IMG/VR virus record: IMGVR_UViG_3300010938_000281
Coordinates: 1 to 64,000 of that record
Direction: 5' to 3' (one strand)
Origin: a virus
DNA: 64,000 nt
In this document: positions 40,101 through 48,817 of the stretch, one piece after another
Numbering within the stretch: position 1 is the first letter of the stretch
How the letters are laid out: each line of letters opens with the position of its first letter
Notes under the pieces: generated by a model
Databases searched by the model: none
What the model saw: only the letters and a program-made list of their open reading frames with translations
Told to the model about the DNA's origin: nothing
Made by a program: the position numbers and the translations under genes

Positions 40101-40661
40101 CAAAGAAGAGGCAATTATAGAGCAGTTATTGTTGCCAGAATAAAATGTACTCCTGTCGTTAGCTAAGATATGATACGAATATCCGCTTGTATGTAATATA
40201 GCGAATATATTAAATAGACCAGAATCGGTTGTTGATTGGTATACATTAGAAGGTGTATAATATCCCCTAAAATTCAAATTTATAGATGATGGAATTACAT
40301 TAAGATTTGGTACAGCGAAAGTAACATAGTTTATAGGTTGATGATTGCTTAAAGCTGTAGGATTTACTATAAAGTATCCAGAAATAAAAATATACTCATT
40401 ATCGTTAGCTGTAGCTACACCATCATCTATGTAGCTATAAAAGCCACTGGGACTATCTGTACTCTTTAACCATTGCTTATCATATCCATTACTTGAACCA
40501 ATATTTCTTAGTGTATTATAATGTGTTGTGTTATTATAATTATTATTAGAAAATGGTAATATTGGACTATCAGACTGTTCTTGCGAAAAGTCTTCTTCGT
40601 CGCCATATGGTTGTGTAGAGAGGCATATATCGCCATTTGGATATAAATATTGTACAGGCAT
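37152..40661 (-). CDS. Large tail-associated protein (fibre/adhesin-like) with C-terminal xSGIxLF/Y repeats
   Basis: 1169 aa, S/G/N/Y-rich; about 15 short (S)G-x-x-L-(F/Y) repeats in the last ~260 aa. Confidence 0.55.
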   Translation of the reverse strand: MPVQYLYPNGDICLSTQPYGDEEDFSQEQSDSPILPFSNNNYNNTTHYNTLRNIGSSNGYDKQWLKSTDSPSGFYSYIDDGVATANDNEYIFISGYFIVNPTALSNHQPINYVTFAVPNLNVIPSSINLNFRGYYTPSNVYQSTTDSGLFNIFAILHTSGYSYHILANDRSTFYSGNNNCSIIASSLFTIVSGGFQTYNVPMIKNNIGINSTDKYEKAYLTFGIWQDGTYNVNGFINKRTTLNISAAEVVVSGEYLCPKGLPLHMIGGPSIRLQTDTLLLNYDYRGSYPLIGQDINNTSHVRLIGDGLSNNSVYLPNTQGVQEQFACTKSSPVMCLNSGGVYRHDIFRDWFFDFNQFTSSTGSINFNYYVSYTIPSRTSSHTLNMVDNSPDATIISKSARFQEGIASAPPNPNIGQDAGVTVADSMFILDNQHTYGSIWNGLPSGDFSIWIGCDRMPESTGNPRIDAPFVSCNDFSCGPGQDGGLYARLAIVNGDSWIHKYVRGFPTANQYRGVLVTYDSGGMALRYMKHDGSIVKLGETGPLASRYFFQTIVNPGNGDPSYVLPSSILNVNASHSLSSLRTQEGEGQTKGFYELGVINSGLSSTDIAKLDRKELFRKLDNNLYIQPITSGTNFIRYESDRYRHFSDGGYSWPDMATYYNYYSSVYYPSTEFVEMNTRNPIDFYDPPSSRLNVFKYGQTYLTTTSGSNGNGLYRNISLNCFLSGNRANFYEDGTLYFSGWIDGYTNHSGGLLDNNAIIRITQNLSKSVFGGPYAAYNPESGAVLLYKTLVNVRAKIACATFSIRSGLNEYIVPLKTALFYYDKYQDNYTRPASGAYSSYTPTIKYYDKTTVYHPSWNGAEIDLEYLSPIDEGVAYNASGHFDRLDIHVASVINDYWSTPPTSTATGTILYVSGMGTYSSGIDLYLNNNYRQSGIDLFCYNGLKQSGNITLFTFNGPNQKNNAITLFIPGPSGHSNHRTLYICGPLPYSGGIPLFTKSNPPPIVGSGKTLYSKGHTPGSTEITDAISLYTFSKGISKPTTLFTKVKDEGDISGVITLFLKGDGELFNSLPIFLYNDASSIFSPQSLFVQGDGLTDGASVYRSGTTLYIGSGRGEGAQKEIPLTLKVPDGNTSGTTMYVFGGTFVTNSLNLSVATTLGDFSGVMSLYQHGF

Positions 40662-43600
40662 TACATTCCTGGTTTCTTAAGTTGTAAGTCATTATCCTTA
40701 ATAAAGTTTGTAAACGCTTTATCAACGGCACTAACCACATATTCTTGCATCTGCGGAACCATTCTCGCTAGAACTTCCGCCCCATTCATTATTACTTCAA
40801 CTTTATGGTTTGCGGTCAACGTAATCTCGCTTGGTAGATTTATTTTTGAAAGACTCTGAGCGGCCTTATTTAGAGATGCCTCAAAACCCTGAATAACAGA
40901 ACTAAAAGCCCGTATTCCATTACCAGCATTTGTACGACCGCTAGAATTAGATAGATTTTCTAGTAGAGAAATAATCTCTCTCCACGGTTCTTTAGGAATA
41001 ATACCTTCACCTTGATGAACTATAGCAGCGCCGGTATTAGGTACTAAACTACTACCAACATCAAATTTCTTTAATCTATTCTTAGAACCAGCAAAAAACT
41101 CATCTCTTTGCTTCTCTATATCGCGATGTTTATCTATTATTTCATTGTATTGTCCACGTAAACTCCCACTTAATTTATCGTATCCTACAACCCTTAGTTG
41201 CGATTGCGATAGACCCTCCTTACGGGAATAATCAAATGGTTTTAGTGGAACGTGTGGACTAATATTAAGAGGTTTTGCCGCCTTAGCAAGATATCCGCTC
41301 TTTCCGTTCCCGAACGTAGAAATCCTATTTGCGTTTGTACGCGCTGTAAGATAGTTTGTAAGCGACTTTTCTTTTCTTCTCATATCTCTATCGTCTAGGT
41401 CAGACTTCAATCTAGCAATTCTATCATCCAAATCCTCATTTGTGTCATATGCGTATGTTCTACGTTCCATCATAGATGGTGCTGAACCCGGAGCTTTTCC
41501 GGTTGATATAGGAAGGCTACGCTCACGAGCTAGTGGGTCTGGACGACCGTTAAGTCTAGCTAGAGTCCTATAGCTAGATAGTTTTCTACGGTTTCTTTCG
41601 ATTTGTAGATTAACTCCGGTTTCTGGATTAACAGCGGCGTCTTTTGGGGCCTTTGCATTATTTACTCTATCAACGGCATCTTGACGACGTTGTTTATTAA
41701 TAACACCAGCTTCTTTAACAGCATTTATTCTAGCTCTACGGTCAGCAGCGGCTTCTTCTTTAGAAACTTTCTTACCGTTGATTTGTCCAATACCTATACC
41801 CAAACGCTCCAATACCTCTTTAGACCTGCCAGTTATATTATTCTTACGTCTAATACCTAAATTATCACGTTCTTCGTCAGTAAGGTTAATACCACCACGA
41901 GGAACATCCTCGTCTGGAATAAATGGATTTATAGCTTTTCTGCGAGCTAATATAGCTTTATTTCTACTTCTAATACTTTCCTGAATCTCTCTAGCTCTCT
42001 TACTAGAAATTTTATAACCAGGACGTATTTCTATTCTATCAAACTCACCATCAAATTTTGGACCAAGTCCTTCAGATGGTGTTAAAGCGTCTTTCTTAAT
42101 TTGTTCTATAGTTTTTACTTTACCAAGCTCTCCTTCCGCCGGATAGCTTCTTTTTCTTACTTTACCACCGGTAGCGTACTTATTCATCTTATATAGTTGG
42201 TCATAACCAATCTTCTTCGCGGCATCCTTCTTAATAACGAATTCGCCCGGTGTAAGCATAGCGGGAACTGTATCTCCACTTCCTTGTCCCGGAACACATC
42301 CACCACCAGCACGATTGATAGGCTGAGATTCTCTAATAGTCTTGTTTAGAGTATTTATACCTTCGGTTAGTTGGTTATACGGCGTAAGAAGTTCGGAATT
42401 ACTTTTTGCTAATAGGGCCATTTTTTCCGATAATTCTGTAGTCGATGTAATATTAGATTTCTTGATTATATCAATCTGGGCTTGTATTGTTTTTCCACGA
42501 GAGCGCAACTCTTCTGGATTTAGATTTATATCTGCATTTGGAGTTTCAAAACGAGCTTTGTCTAATGCTTTTTTTGTAGCGGTTACATTTGCGCGTACAG
42601 CCGAAGGAGAGATTCCTAATCCTAAAACATTATCTATTTTATTTGTATCTACAGCTTCAAAAACACCACCAAGACCCTGAACGCTCTTCGATGTTGTTTT
42701 TATTCTAGCAATATTTAATCTTATTTGTTTGTCAATACTATCAAGTTCCTCAGGTGTCTTAGCTACTTCGCGTTGGACTGATAATGTTTTATTTCTTTCC
42801 AACCTGTTAGATATTTCCGTAAAAGCAGGACTAAATGTACGGTTTGTTTCTACATCTTTAGCATGTTGAGCAAAGAAGTCTGCGGCTCTTTGTTTTTTAA
42901 CTAAAAGTTCCGGTATGGCAAGACCTTCGTTGCCACGAGATAACTGTTTTATAGTATTCTGTACCTCTTGTAAGGCTTGAGCCTTTGCGTCGTTAGCCCC
43001 TAACTCCTTATCTATCTTAAAACGCTCTTCCTCTAAGAAAATACGCTTTAGTTCGGCAATAAATAACTGATTTGCTCTTAAGATTCCATCTTCGATATTC
43101 TTAGCACCATCAACAAACGAGTTACCTATCACTTCACTAATTTTATTTTGGTCTTCAGTAAACTTCTGCATTTGTTCAATAAGAGCCTCTTGCCTCTTTG
43201 TTAAACCACCATCTACGAACGCTTGAATATTCTTTTCAATAGCTTCCGGTCCGCCCTTACCACCGTTGAAGAACTTATCTCCAAGAGTAAGTTGGTTACG
43301 CACAATCTCCTCTAGGTGCTTTTTAGCACTTCTATCACCAAGTTGAGTTTCACCAGCATTACGAAGAAATTCTTCTACGTTACGACGTTCATCCGCTGGA
43401 ACCACGTTAATATTGTGACCGGCAGCTATTGCTCTCTGTGTATGTAGAATTGTCTGAGAAAGATTTTGTTGTTCTTCAACTCCTCCAAATACGGCAGTAC
43501 CAACAAGACCGCCACGAAACCGACGCTTCTTTTCTTCTTGTTCTAACTCTTTGAACCCGTGAGATAGCGCGGTTGTGTCCTTTGCTAAAATATCCAACGC

Positions 43601-46600
43601 TCTATTAACTCTACTCAAAGCACTTACTTCTTTATTTATTTGTCCAATTATAGCAAAGGACTGCTCTTTAGGGGATGTATCAAGCTGACCTTGTAACTTT
43701 GTAATAGTTGATTCTATTGTAGATTTTTGTGATAATAGACCATCTACATTAGCCGGACGACCAGCAACTAAATTAACTCTAGCGTTTAGACCGGCAATTC
43801 CAGCCTCAAATGATGTTGGTTTATTTCTAAAATTGTTTACTTGCTCTGAAAAATCCTGCTGTCTGTGCAGAATCTCCAAATCCATATCAACCTTCTTGTT
43901 TTGTAGGTCAATTATCTTATTAAAAGCATCGCTAAAAGCTTTTTCTTTTTCGTTTAGGTGTGTAGCTGCATCGTTAAATATCTTAATAATATGACTCAGC
44001 TTTGGACGTACTTGGTCGGCAAACTCTAATGGATAATCAGCGGCATGTCTTAACCTTTCCTCTTCAACATTCGGACCTAATTTTTCTCTAATTACAGTAA
44101 GTAAAGAGTCTAACGCTCTTTTGTCTGTTACTTCAAATCTTTTAGCTATTTTCTCTATAGCGTCTTGAGGGTCACCTCTATCAGCACCCTGCTTAATAGC
44201 CTCTTTAGCAAACTCGTTAATAATGTTAGGTAACTTATTTACTATTGAAACGGTTCCGGTTAGCTCGTTAAGTATATCTTCATCTTGGGTAATACCGCGA
44301 GCGTTTCTGATTAAATCAGAATCATCACCGCGAACCTGTCCAGAGGCGGCTTTCTCAAATATCTGAGAGCTTTTAGTATTAACGGAAACACCAGTACCAC
44401 CAGTAAGCAGAGCAAATTTATTATTTATATTTGTTGTGAATTTTTCTATACCTTCTGATGCAGCCTGAAACGCTGATGCTAGAGCAACTAATCTATCAAT
44501 ATTCTTAAATTCTAATTCTCTTAGTCTATTACCAAAAGCTATACTATTATTTTCTTTCTTTTGAGCCTCTATAGTCTTGGTTATACTTTCTTCTAGTAAC
44601 TTAATTGGTATACCGGCCATAATAGCAAAGTTAAGCAGGGCGCCTTTAGTCTTATTATTAAAATCTTCAAGAGTGGCGCTTTCTTTAGCTATATTATCAA
44701 AGAACTGCTCTATGACCTGCTCAGAGCTTTTAATCTGCGCCTTGACATCTTTCCTATCATCTGGTTGTCCGGATAGAAAAGTTGTAACGGATTCTTCAAG
44801 AGTCTGTATTACGTCTTGACTGACCTCTTTTGTAGATAATTTTCCTTTACTAAAAAGCTCTAGTCCGTTTCCGAATTTTTCTAGTTGTTGATGTATCTTA
44901 ACAGATTCTAGTTGTTTTTTTGCCGAAGAAAGAGATGTGGTATATCCTATTACAGCTCCGGTTAAACCACCTAAAGCTGTACCAACACCAGGAATAATAC
45001 TACCAATAAGCGCTCCTGTAGCAGCACCAGAAAGCGCTCCGCCAGCAGCGGAAAGATGTGTAACATCTTCCCCTTTAGCAATTCTATCACTCGCATGAGA
45101 TGATAGAAATTCTCCACCAACACCAAGACCGGCAGAAGCGAAAGCTCCAGCTTTTGAGGCAAATCCTAATAGGTTTTTAGCTCCGCGTAGCCGTGCAGCC
45201 TTATTAATCCTACTCTCTCTAAGACTATCTTTAGCCTGTATTAAAGCTGCGGCGGCTGGTGGTAAACCTGTAACGTCAGTAGGTACGAACTTTCCTCTAG
45301 TTCCAAAATCTGGTCTAATTATCTTACTACCAAGAGAACTCGACGCTAGTTTAGAAACCAACACGTTATTTATTTTACTGCCAACATTACTACTATTAAA
45401 TGATTGTAGTAAACTACTAAATGTAGTAAACCTAATCGTCAATTGTCCAAGAGTGGATGTAAATTTACTAATAGACGAATCAGCGCCGGCTAGGTTGTTA
45501 CTAAATGTCTGTAGAAATGCGAATCCTGCAAAGTTAGCAAGGGGATTAGATGCGATATCAAGACCCTTACTTACAACACCACCTTTTGCATACTTATTTA
45601 TCTTATTAAGATTACCATAACCAATTTTCTTTGCGGCATCCTTTGTTACAACAAACTCGCCCGGAGTTAATAGTGATGGTACAGTATCTCCATGACCGAA
45701 ACCGCCTACAGCGCCACCGGTTGCAAATTTCTTGATATTTGGTAAGAATCCTAAATTACCAGTCTTATCTCCATAACGAAGACCTTTATTAAACAACGAC
45801 AACTTAGCCTCGTCAATAGAACCAGCTTTAGCATCAGCCGGATATAGAATTTCGTTACCAAACAACCTAGATAGATTTTCCTTAGTTTTACCACCGCCAT
45901 AAAAGTCAAAAATTTCGTCGTTTTTACCCTTAATAAAATCAGAAGAGGCGCGTCTTATGATAGCTTCAAAAAACTGACCTTTAATAGAGGCAATGGCAGA
46001 AGTAGAAATAAGTTGGTCTAGGGGTGGCGGTTCTTTTGGGTCTATATGAGTATCTTGGCCAAGTGTATCTAAGATAACTTCGTCAATACCAGTCTTAAAT
46101 TTTTGTTCAATACGCTTATCAAATATAGAAGAAGCTTGCTCATTAAAACCAACGATAGGAACCTTATAGCGTAGTTTATCTTTTGGGCCTATCCCGTGGT
46201 CTTTGAATATTCTAAGTACGGACATTTCGTTTCCGCCCTTACGGGCAATAACCCCGGCCTCGTTTGTAGATTCTACCTCTGTTTTGTTAGAAACCTTAGG
46301 TACAATAAGCGTAAATGGAATTTCGCCAACATTATAGATACCGTCAGCACGAGCTTGTTGAGCTTCTTTCTTTCTTGTAGCAATAGCAGCCCTTGCAGCC
46401 TTACGCATTTGGCTGTTTTGTTCACGTATACTTAGACCCTTGAAACCTTCAGCGTTAGCAGGTAAGTTTCCTTGTACTGGATGAATAGCATCTTCTGGTT
46501 TTACAGGTCCGGTAGGATTAGCGTATTTAGCAACCTTACTCAACCCGGCAGGACCAAGATTCTTAACAGCCTTTTTGTTAAGTACGAACTCGCCCGGAGT

Positions 46601-48019
46601 CAACATAGCTGGTACTGTATCACCACTACCATGACCGGGAACCATACCACCACGAGAGAATCCAAAAATCTTACGATTGAAACCCTTACCAAATTTAGCT
46701 ACGTTGCTACCTAGAGCAAGCGCTCCAAAACCAGATAGTAATGGAAGAACAGGTTCAAGATTTTTTGTAAGCTGAATTAAAGCACTAGATAGAGCTAAAG
46801 CTCCTTCTATAAGTCCACGAAAAGCCGTGTTGTTTGTGATAGTACGAATCAGGTCAGCAAACTCTTCCTTAACCTTTTGAATCTTAATAGCTAAAGCATC
46901 TTGTGCTATAACAGCATCTTCTGTTAAAGAATTACCCCCACGTAGAGCGATATTCAAAGCCTTCTCAGAAACGGCGAACTGTTGAATTAAAGGTACTACT
47001 TTTGATACTTGACGGAAACCACCAAGTTCTTCAACAACTTGACTGAATCTAGGACTTGTACTATCCAGGTCTTTAAGAGCCTCGCTAATTCTCTTAATAG
47101 CCTCATAAGGCCCAACGAAGTTACCCTCTACTGTGCGTAGGTCAACCCCTAAACCTTTGAAGAAGTCTTGAGTCTTAAGTCTCTGAAGTCTTGTGAAAAT
47201 TGTGCGGAAACCCGTAGCGATAGATTCTGCGGATTCACGAGTTGTCTGTCTAACAGATGTAAACAGAGCGATGAATTCATTTAGATTACCACCAGCAGCC
47301 TCAAAAGCACCACCGGCACGACGAACAGCAACAGAAATATCGTCAGATTCAACAGCGAAAGCGGCTGCAACCCTGTTGACCGAACTTAGAGCGCCCTCTA
47401 AATCACCGGCCTGAACCTTAAACTGTTGCATAATAGCAATTGTAGCTTCGGTAGTATTTTTAATATCACCGAACGTAGCAGAAACACCCGTCTTAGCTAG
47501 GGTGCGCAGGGCTTTCTCAACGTCCTTTGTTGCAAGACCGGCCTGTGATAATGTAACCGACGCCTTCAAGATTTCACTAGAAGATACACCAAACTCAGTA
47601 GACAGCTTTGTTATTTCTCTCGATAGAGACCCTAACGATTTTAGAGATTGTCCGGTAACCTGAGCAACGCGAACAAGTTCGCGGTCAAACTTAATAGCCT
47701 CATCAATACCAGAAGAAATAGCCTGAGACAGCTTAATAAATCCGCCGGTAGCAAAAGTAAAAGCACCATAACGACGAATAGCTAAAGCGGCTTGTTCACC
47801 GAAACGCTCAATATCGCTTGATGCGGTCTTTGCAGCCTTAGAAGAATTCTTAAGATTTGTATTCAGCCCATTAAGCTGTTTCTGGACTTGAGACGTATTG
47901 ATAGTAATATTAACCTTAACACCCGTTAATCCACGGTTGATTTGGTCAACAATTGCTTTCACTTGTCCACTACCAGGACCAACTAATTTGAGTTGGGCAG
48001 TCAAAACAAAACGAGCAAT
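40661..48019 (-). CDS. Tape measure protein (TP901-like core) with internal repeats; probable ATT start
   Basis: AIKFDREL.RVAQVTG, LSQAG, FTSVRQTTRESAESIATGFRTIFTRLQR core; Gly/Ala TM segments; SD AAGGAG 8 nt before ATT GCT CGT TTT GTT TTG. Confidence 0.9.
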   Translation of the reverse strand: MARFVLTAQLKLVGPGSGQVKAIVDQINRGLTGVKVNITINTSQVQKQLNGLNTNLKNSSKAAKTASSDIERFGEQAALAIRRYGAFTFATGGFIKLSQAISSGIDEAIKFDRELVRVAQVTGQSLKSLGSLSREITKLSTEFGVSSSEILKASVTLSQAGLATKDVEKALRTLAKTGVSATFGDIKNTTEATIAIMQQFKVQAGDLEGALSSVNRVAAAFAVESDDISVAVRRAGGAFEAAGGNLNEFIALFTSVRQTTRESAESIATGFRTIFTRLQRLKTQDFFKGLGVDLRTVEGNFVGPYEAIKRISEALKDLDSTSPRFSQVVEELGGFRQVSKVVPLIQQFAVSEKALNIALRGGNSLTEDAVIAQDALAIKIQKVKEEFADLIRTITNNTAFRGLIEGALALSSALIQLTKNLEPVLPLLSGFGALALGSNVAKFGKGFNRKIFGFSRGGMVPGHGSGDTVPAMLTPGEFVLNKKAVKNLGPAGLSKVAKYANPTGPVKPEDAIHPVQGNLPANAEGFKGLSIREQNSQMRKAARAAIATRKKEAQQARADGIYNVGEIPFTLIVPKVSNKTEVESTNEAGVIARKGGNEMSVLRIFKDHGIGPKDKLRYKVPIVGFNEQASSIFDKRIEQKFKTGIDEVILDTLGQDTHIDPKEPPPLDQLISTSAIASIKGQFFEAIIRRASSDFIKGKNDEIFDFYGGGKTKENLSRLFGNEILYPADAKAGSIDEAKLSLFNKGLRYGDKTGNLGFLPNIKKFATGGAVGGFGHGDTVPSLLTPGEFVVTKDAAKKIGYGNLNKINKYAKGGVVSKGLDIASNPLANFAGFAFLQTFSNNLAGADSSISKFTSTLGQLTIRFTTFSSLLQSFNSSNVGSKINNVLVSKLASSSLGSKIIRPDFGTRGKFVPTDVTGLPPAAAALIQAKDSLRESRINKAARLRGAKNLLGFASKAGAFASAGLGVGGEFLSSHASDRIAKGEDVTHLSAAGGALSGAATGALIGSIIPGVGTALGGLTGAVIGYTTSLSSAKKQLESVKIHQQLEKFGNGLELFSKGKLSTKEVSQDVIQTLEESVTTFLSGQPDDRKDVKAQIKSSEQVIEQFFDNIAKESATLEDFNNKTKGALLNFAIMAGIPIKLLEESITKTIEAQKKENNSIAFGNRLRELEFKNIDRLVALASAFQAASEGIEKFTTNINNKFALLTGGTGVSVNTKSSQIFEKAASGQVRGDDSDLIRNARGITQDEDILNELTGTVSIVNKLPNIINEFAKEAIKQGADRGDPQDAIEKIAKRFEVTDKRALDSLLTVIREKLGPNVEEERLRHAADYPLEFADQVRPKLSHIIKIFNDAATHLNEKEKAFSDAFNKIIDLQNKKVDMDLEILHRQQDFSEQVNNFRNKPTSFEAGIAGLNARVNLVAGRPANVDGLLSQKSTIESTITKLQGQLDTSPKEQSFAIIGQINKEVSALSRVNRALDILAKDTTALSHGFKELEQEEKKRRFRGGLVGTAVFGGVEEQQNLSQTILHTQRAIAAGHNINVVPADERRNVEEFLRNAGETQLGDRSAKKHLEEIVRNQLTLGDKFFNGGKGGPEAIEKNIQAFVDGGLTKRQEALIEQMQKFTEDQNKISEVIGNSFVDGAKNIEDGILRANQLFIAELKRIFLEEERFKIDKELGANDAKAQALQEVQNTIKQLSRGNEGLAIPELLVKKQRAADFFAQHAKDVETNRTFSPAFTEISNRLERNKTLSVQREVAKTPEELDSIDKQIRLNIARIKTTSKSVQGLGGVFEAVDTNKIDNVLGLGISPSAVRANVTATKKALDKARFETPNADINLNPEELRSRGKTIQAQIDIIKKSNITSTTELSEKMALLAKSNSELLTPYNQLTEGINTLNKTIRESQPINRAGGGCVPGQGSGDTVPAMLTPGEFVIKKDAAKKIGYDQLYKMNKYATGGKVRKRSYPAEGELGKVKTIEQIKKDALTPSEGLGPKFDGEFDRIEIRPGYKISSKRAREIQESIRSRNKAILARRKAINPFIPDEDVPRGGINLTDEERDNLGIRRKNNITGRSKEVLERLGIGIGQINGKKVSKEEAAADRRARINAVKEAGVINKQRRQDAVDRVNNAKAPKDAAVNPETGVNLQIERNRRKLSSYRTLARLNGRPDPLARERSLPISTGKAPGSAPSMMERRTYAYDTNEDLDDRIARLKSDLDDRDMRRKEKSLTNYLTARTNANRISTFGNGKSGYLAKAAKPLNISPHVPLKPFDYSRKEGLSQSQLRVVGYDKLSGSLRGQYNEIIDKHRDIEKQRDEFFAGSKNRLKKFDVGSSLVPNTGAAIVHQGEGIIPKEPWREIISLLENLSNSSGRTNAGNGIRAFSSVIQGFEASLNKAAQSLSKINLPSEITLTANHKVEVIMNGAEVLARMVPQMQEYVVSAVDKAFTNFIKDNDLQLKKPGM
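42163..42315 (-). repeat. TMP repeat 3 (GGCVPGQGSGDTVPAMLTPGEFV..KIGY..L.KMNKYATGG)
   Basis: Protein-level repeat; ends approximate. Confidence 0.85.
45580..45735 (-). repeat. TMP repeat 2 (ATGGAVGGFGHGDTVPSLLTPGEFV..KIGY..L.KINKYAKGG)
   Basis: Protein-level repeat; ends approximate. Confidence 0.85.
46520..46660 (-). repeat. TMP repeat 1 (GGMVPGHGSGDTVPAMLTPGEFV)
   Basis: Protein-level repeat; ends approximate. Confidence 0.85.
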
Positions 48020-48732
48020 TTTTTGGACTCCTTAAATTGAATGTACTGCTCTTTAGTATTATCACCATAACCATATGTACGATGAAATTCGACATGGCAC
48101 GACTTACAAAGACAAACGCCATTATTTACGTCGAATCTTTTTTCTATATATTTATTCCAAGCGTCTAAATGATGAGCGCAAATTTTACAATTAGTTTTAC
48201 TACATATATTACAGGTATAATTATATTTTTTATATATTTCTTTGGTCCACATTTCAGATTCTAATATACCACGTTTTGTTCTATCAATAGAATCTCCAAG
48301 ATAACTTGGATGGTTTATACCCTTTTGAAACGGATGTAACTGTAATAATCTATTTATAGCTATCTCAACATCTAAACACCCACAAGATTTAGTATTATTA
48401 TTTATTATACGATTTAATGGTACTTTACATGTTTTTCCACAGTCACATTTACATATCCAAACAACAGAACCTCCAATTCGACTATTGGTAAATTCTATAG
48501 CTGTAAGCTTATTAAATTTCTTACCAGATATATCTTTCGGTCTTCCTCCACCATTTAAGCATCCACAGGATTTTGTTAGACCGCAAGCAACACTCTCAAA
48601 ACAAGACGTAAATATATTACCACAAAAACATGTAAAATTATGTTTAGCTTTTTTATTTATATAATTACCAATAAGTTTTAATCCTACCGACCCAATTCTA
48701 TTTTGAGCTTCTATCTGTGTTAATTTCTTCAT
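48001..48732 (-). CDS. HNH homing endonuclease
   Basis: KSCGCL repeats, CKCDCGK, YTCNIC...AHHL....NGVCLCKSCHVEFH. Confidence 0.88.
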   Translation of the reverse strand: MKKLTQIEAQNRIGSVGLKLIGNYINKKAKHNFTCFCGNIFTSCFESVACGLTKSCGCLNGGGRPKDISGKKFNKLTAIEFTNSRIGGSVVWICKCDCGKTCKVPLNRIINNNTKSCGCLDVEIAINRLLQLHPFQKGINHPSYLGDSIDRTKRGILESEMWTKEIYKKYNYTCNICSKTNCKICAHHLDAWNKYIEKRFDVNNGVCLCKSCHVEFHRTYGYGDNTKEQYIQFKESKKLLVLF

Positions 48733-48742
48733 TTACCTACCT

Positions 48743-48797
48743 AAAACAAAAAAGGTAGCCTGCACCAGAAACCTTCGCTTCTAGCATAGACTACCTT
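48743..48797 (-). terminator. Long-stem intrinsic terminator
   Basis: AAGGTAGTCTATGCTAGAAGC-GAAG-GTTTCTGGTGCAGGCTACCTT then TTTTGTTTT; ~21-bp stem with many G-U pairs. Confidence 0.7.
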
Positions 48798-48817
48798 AGT
48801 TATATCCTATCCGTTCT

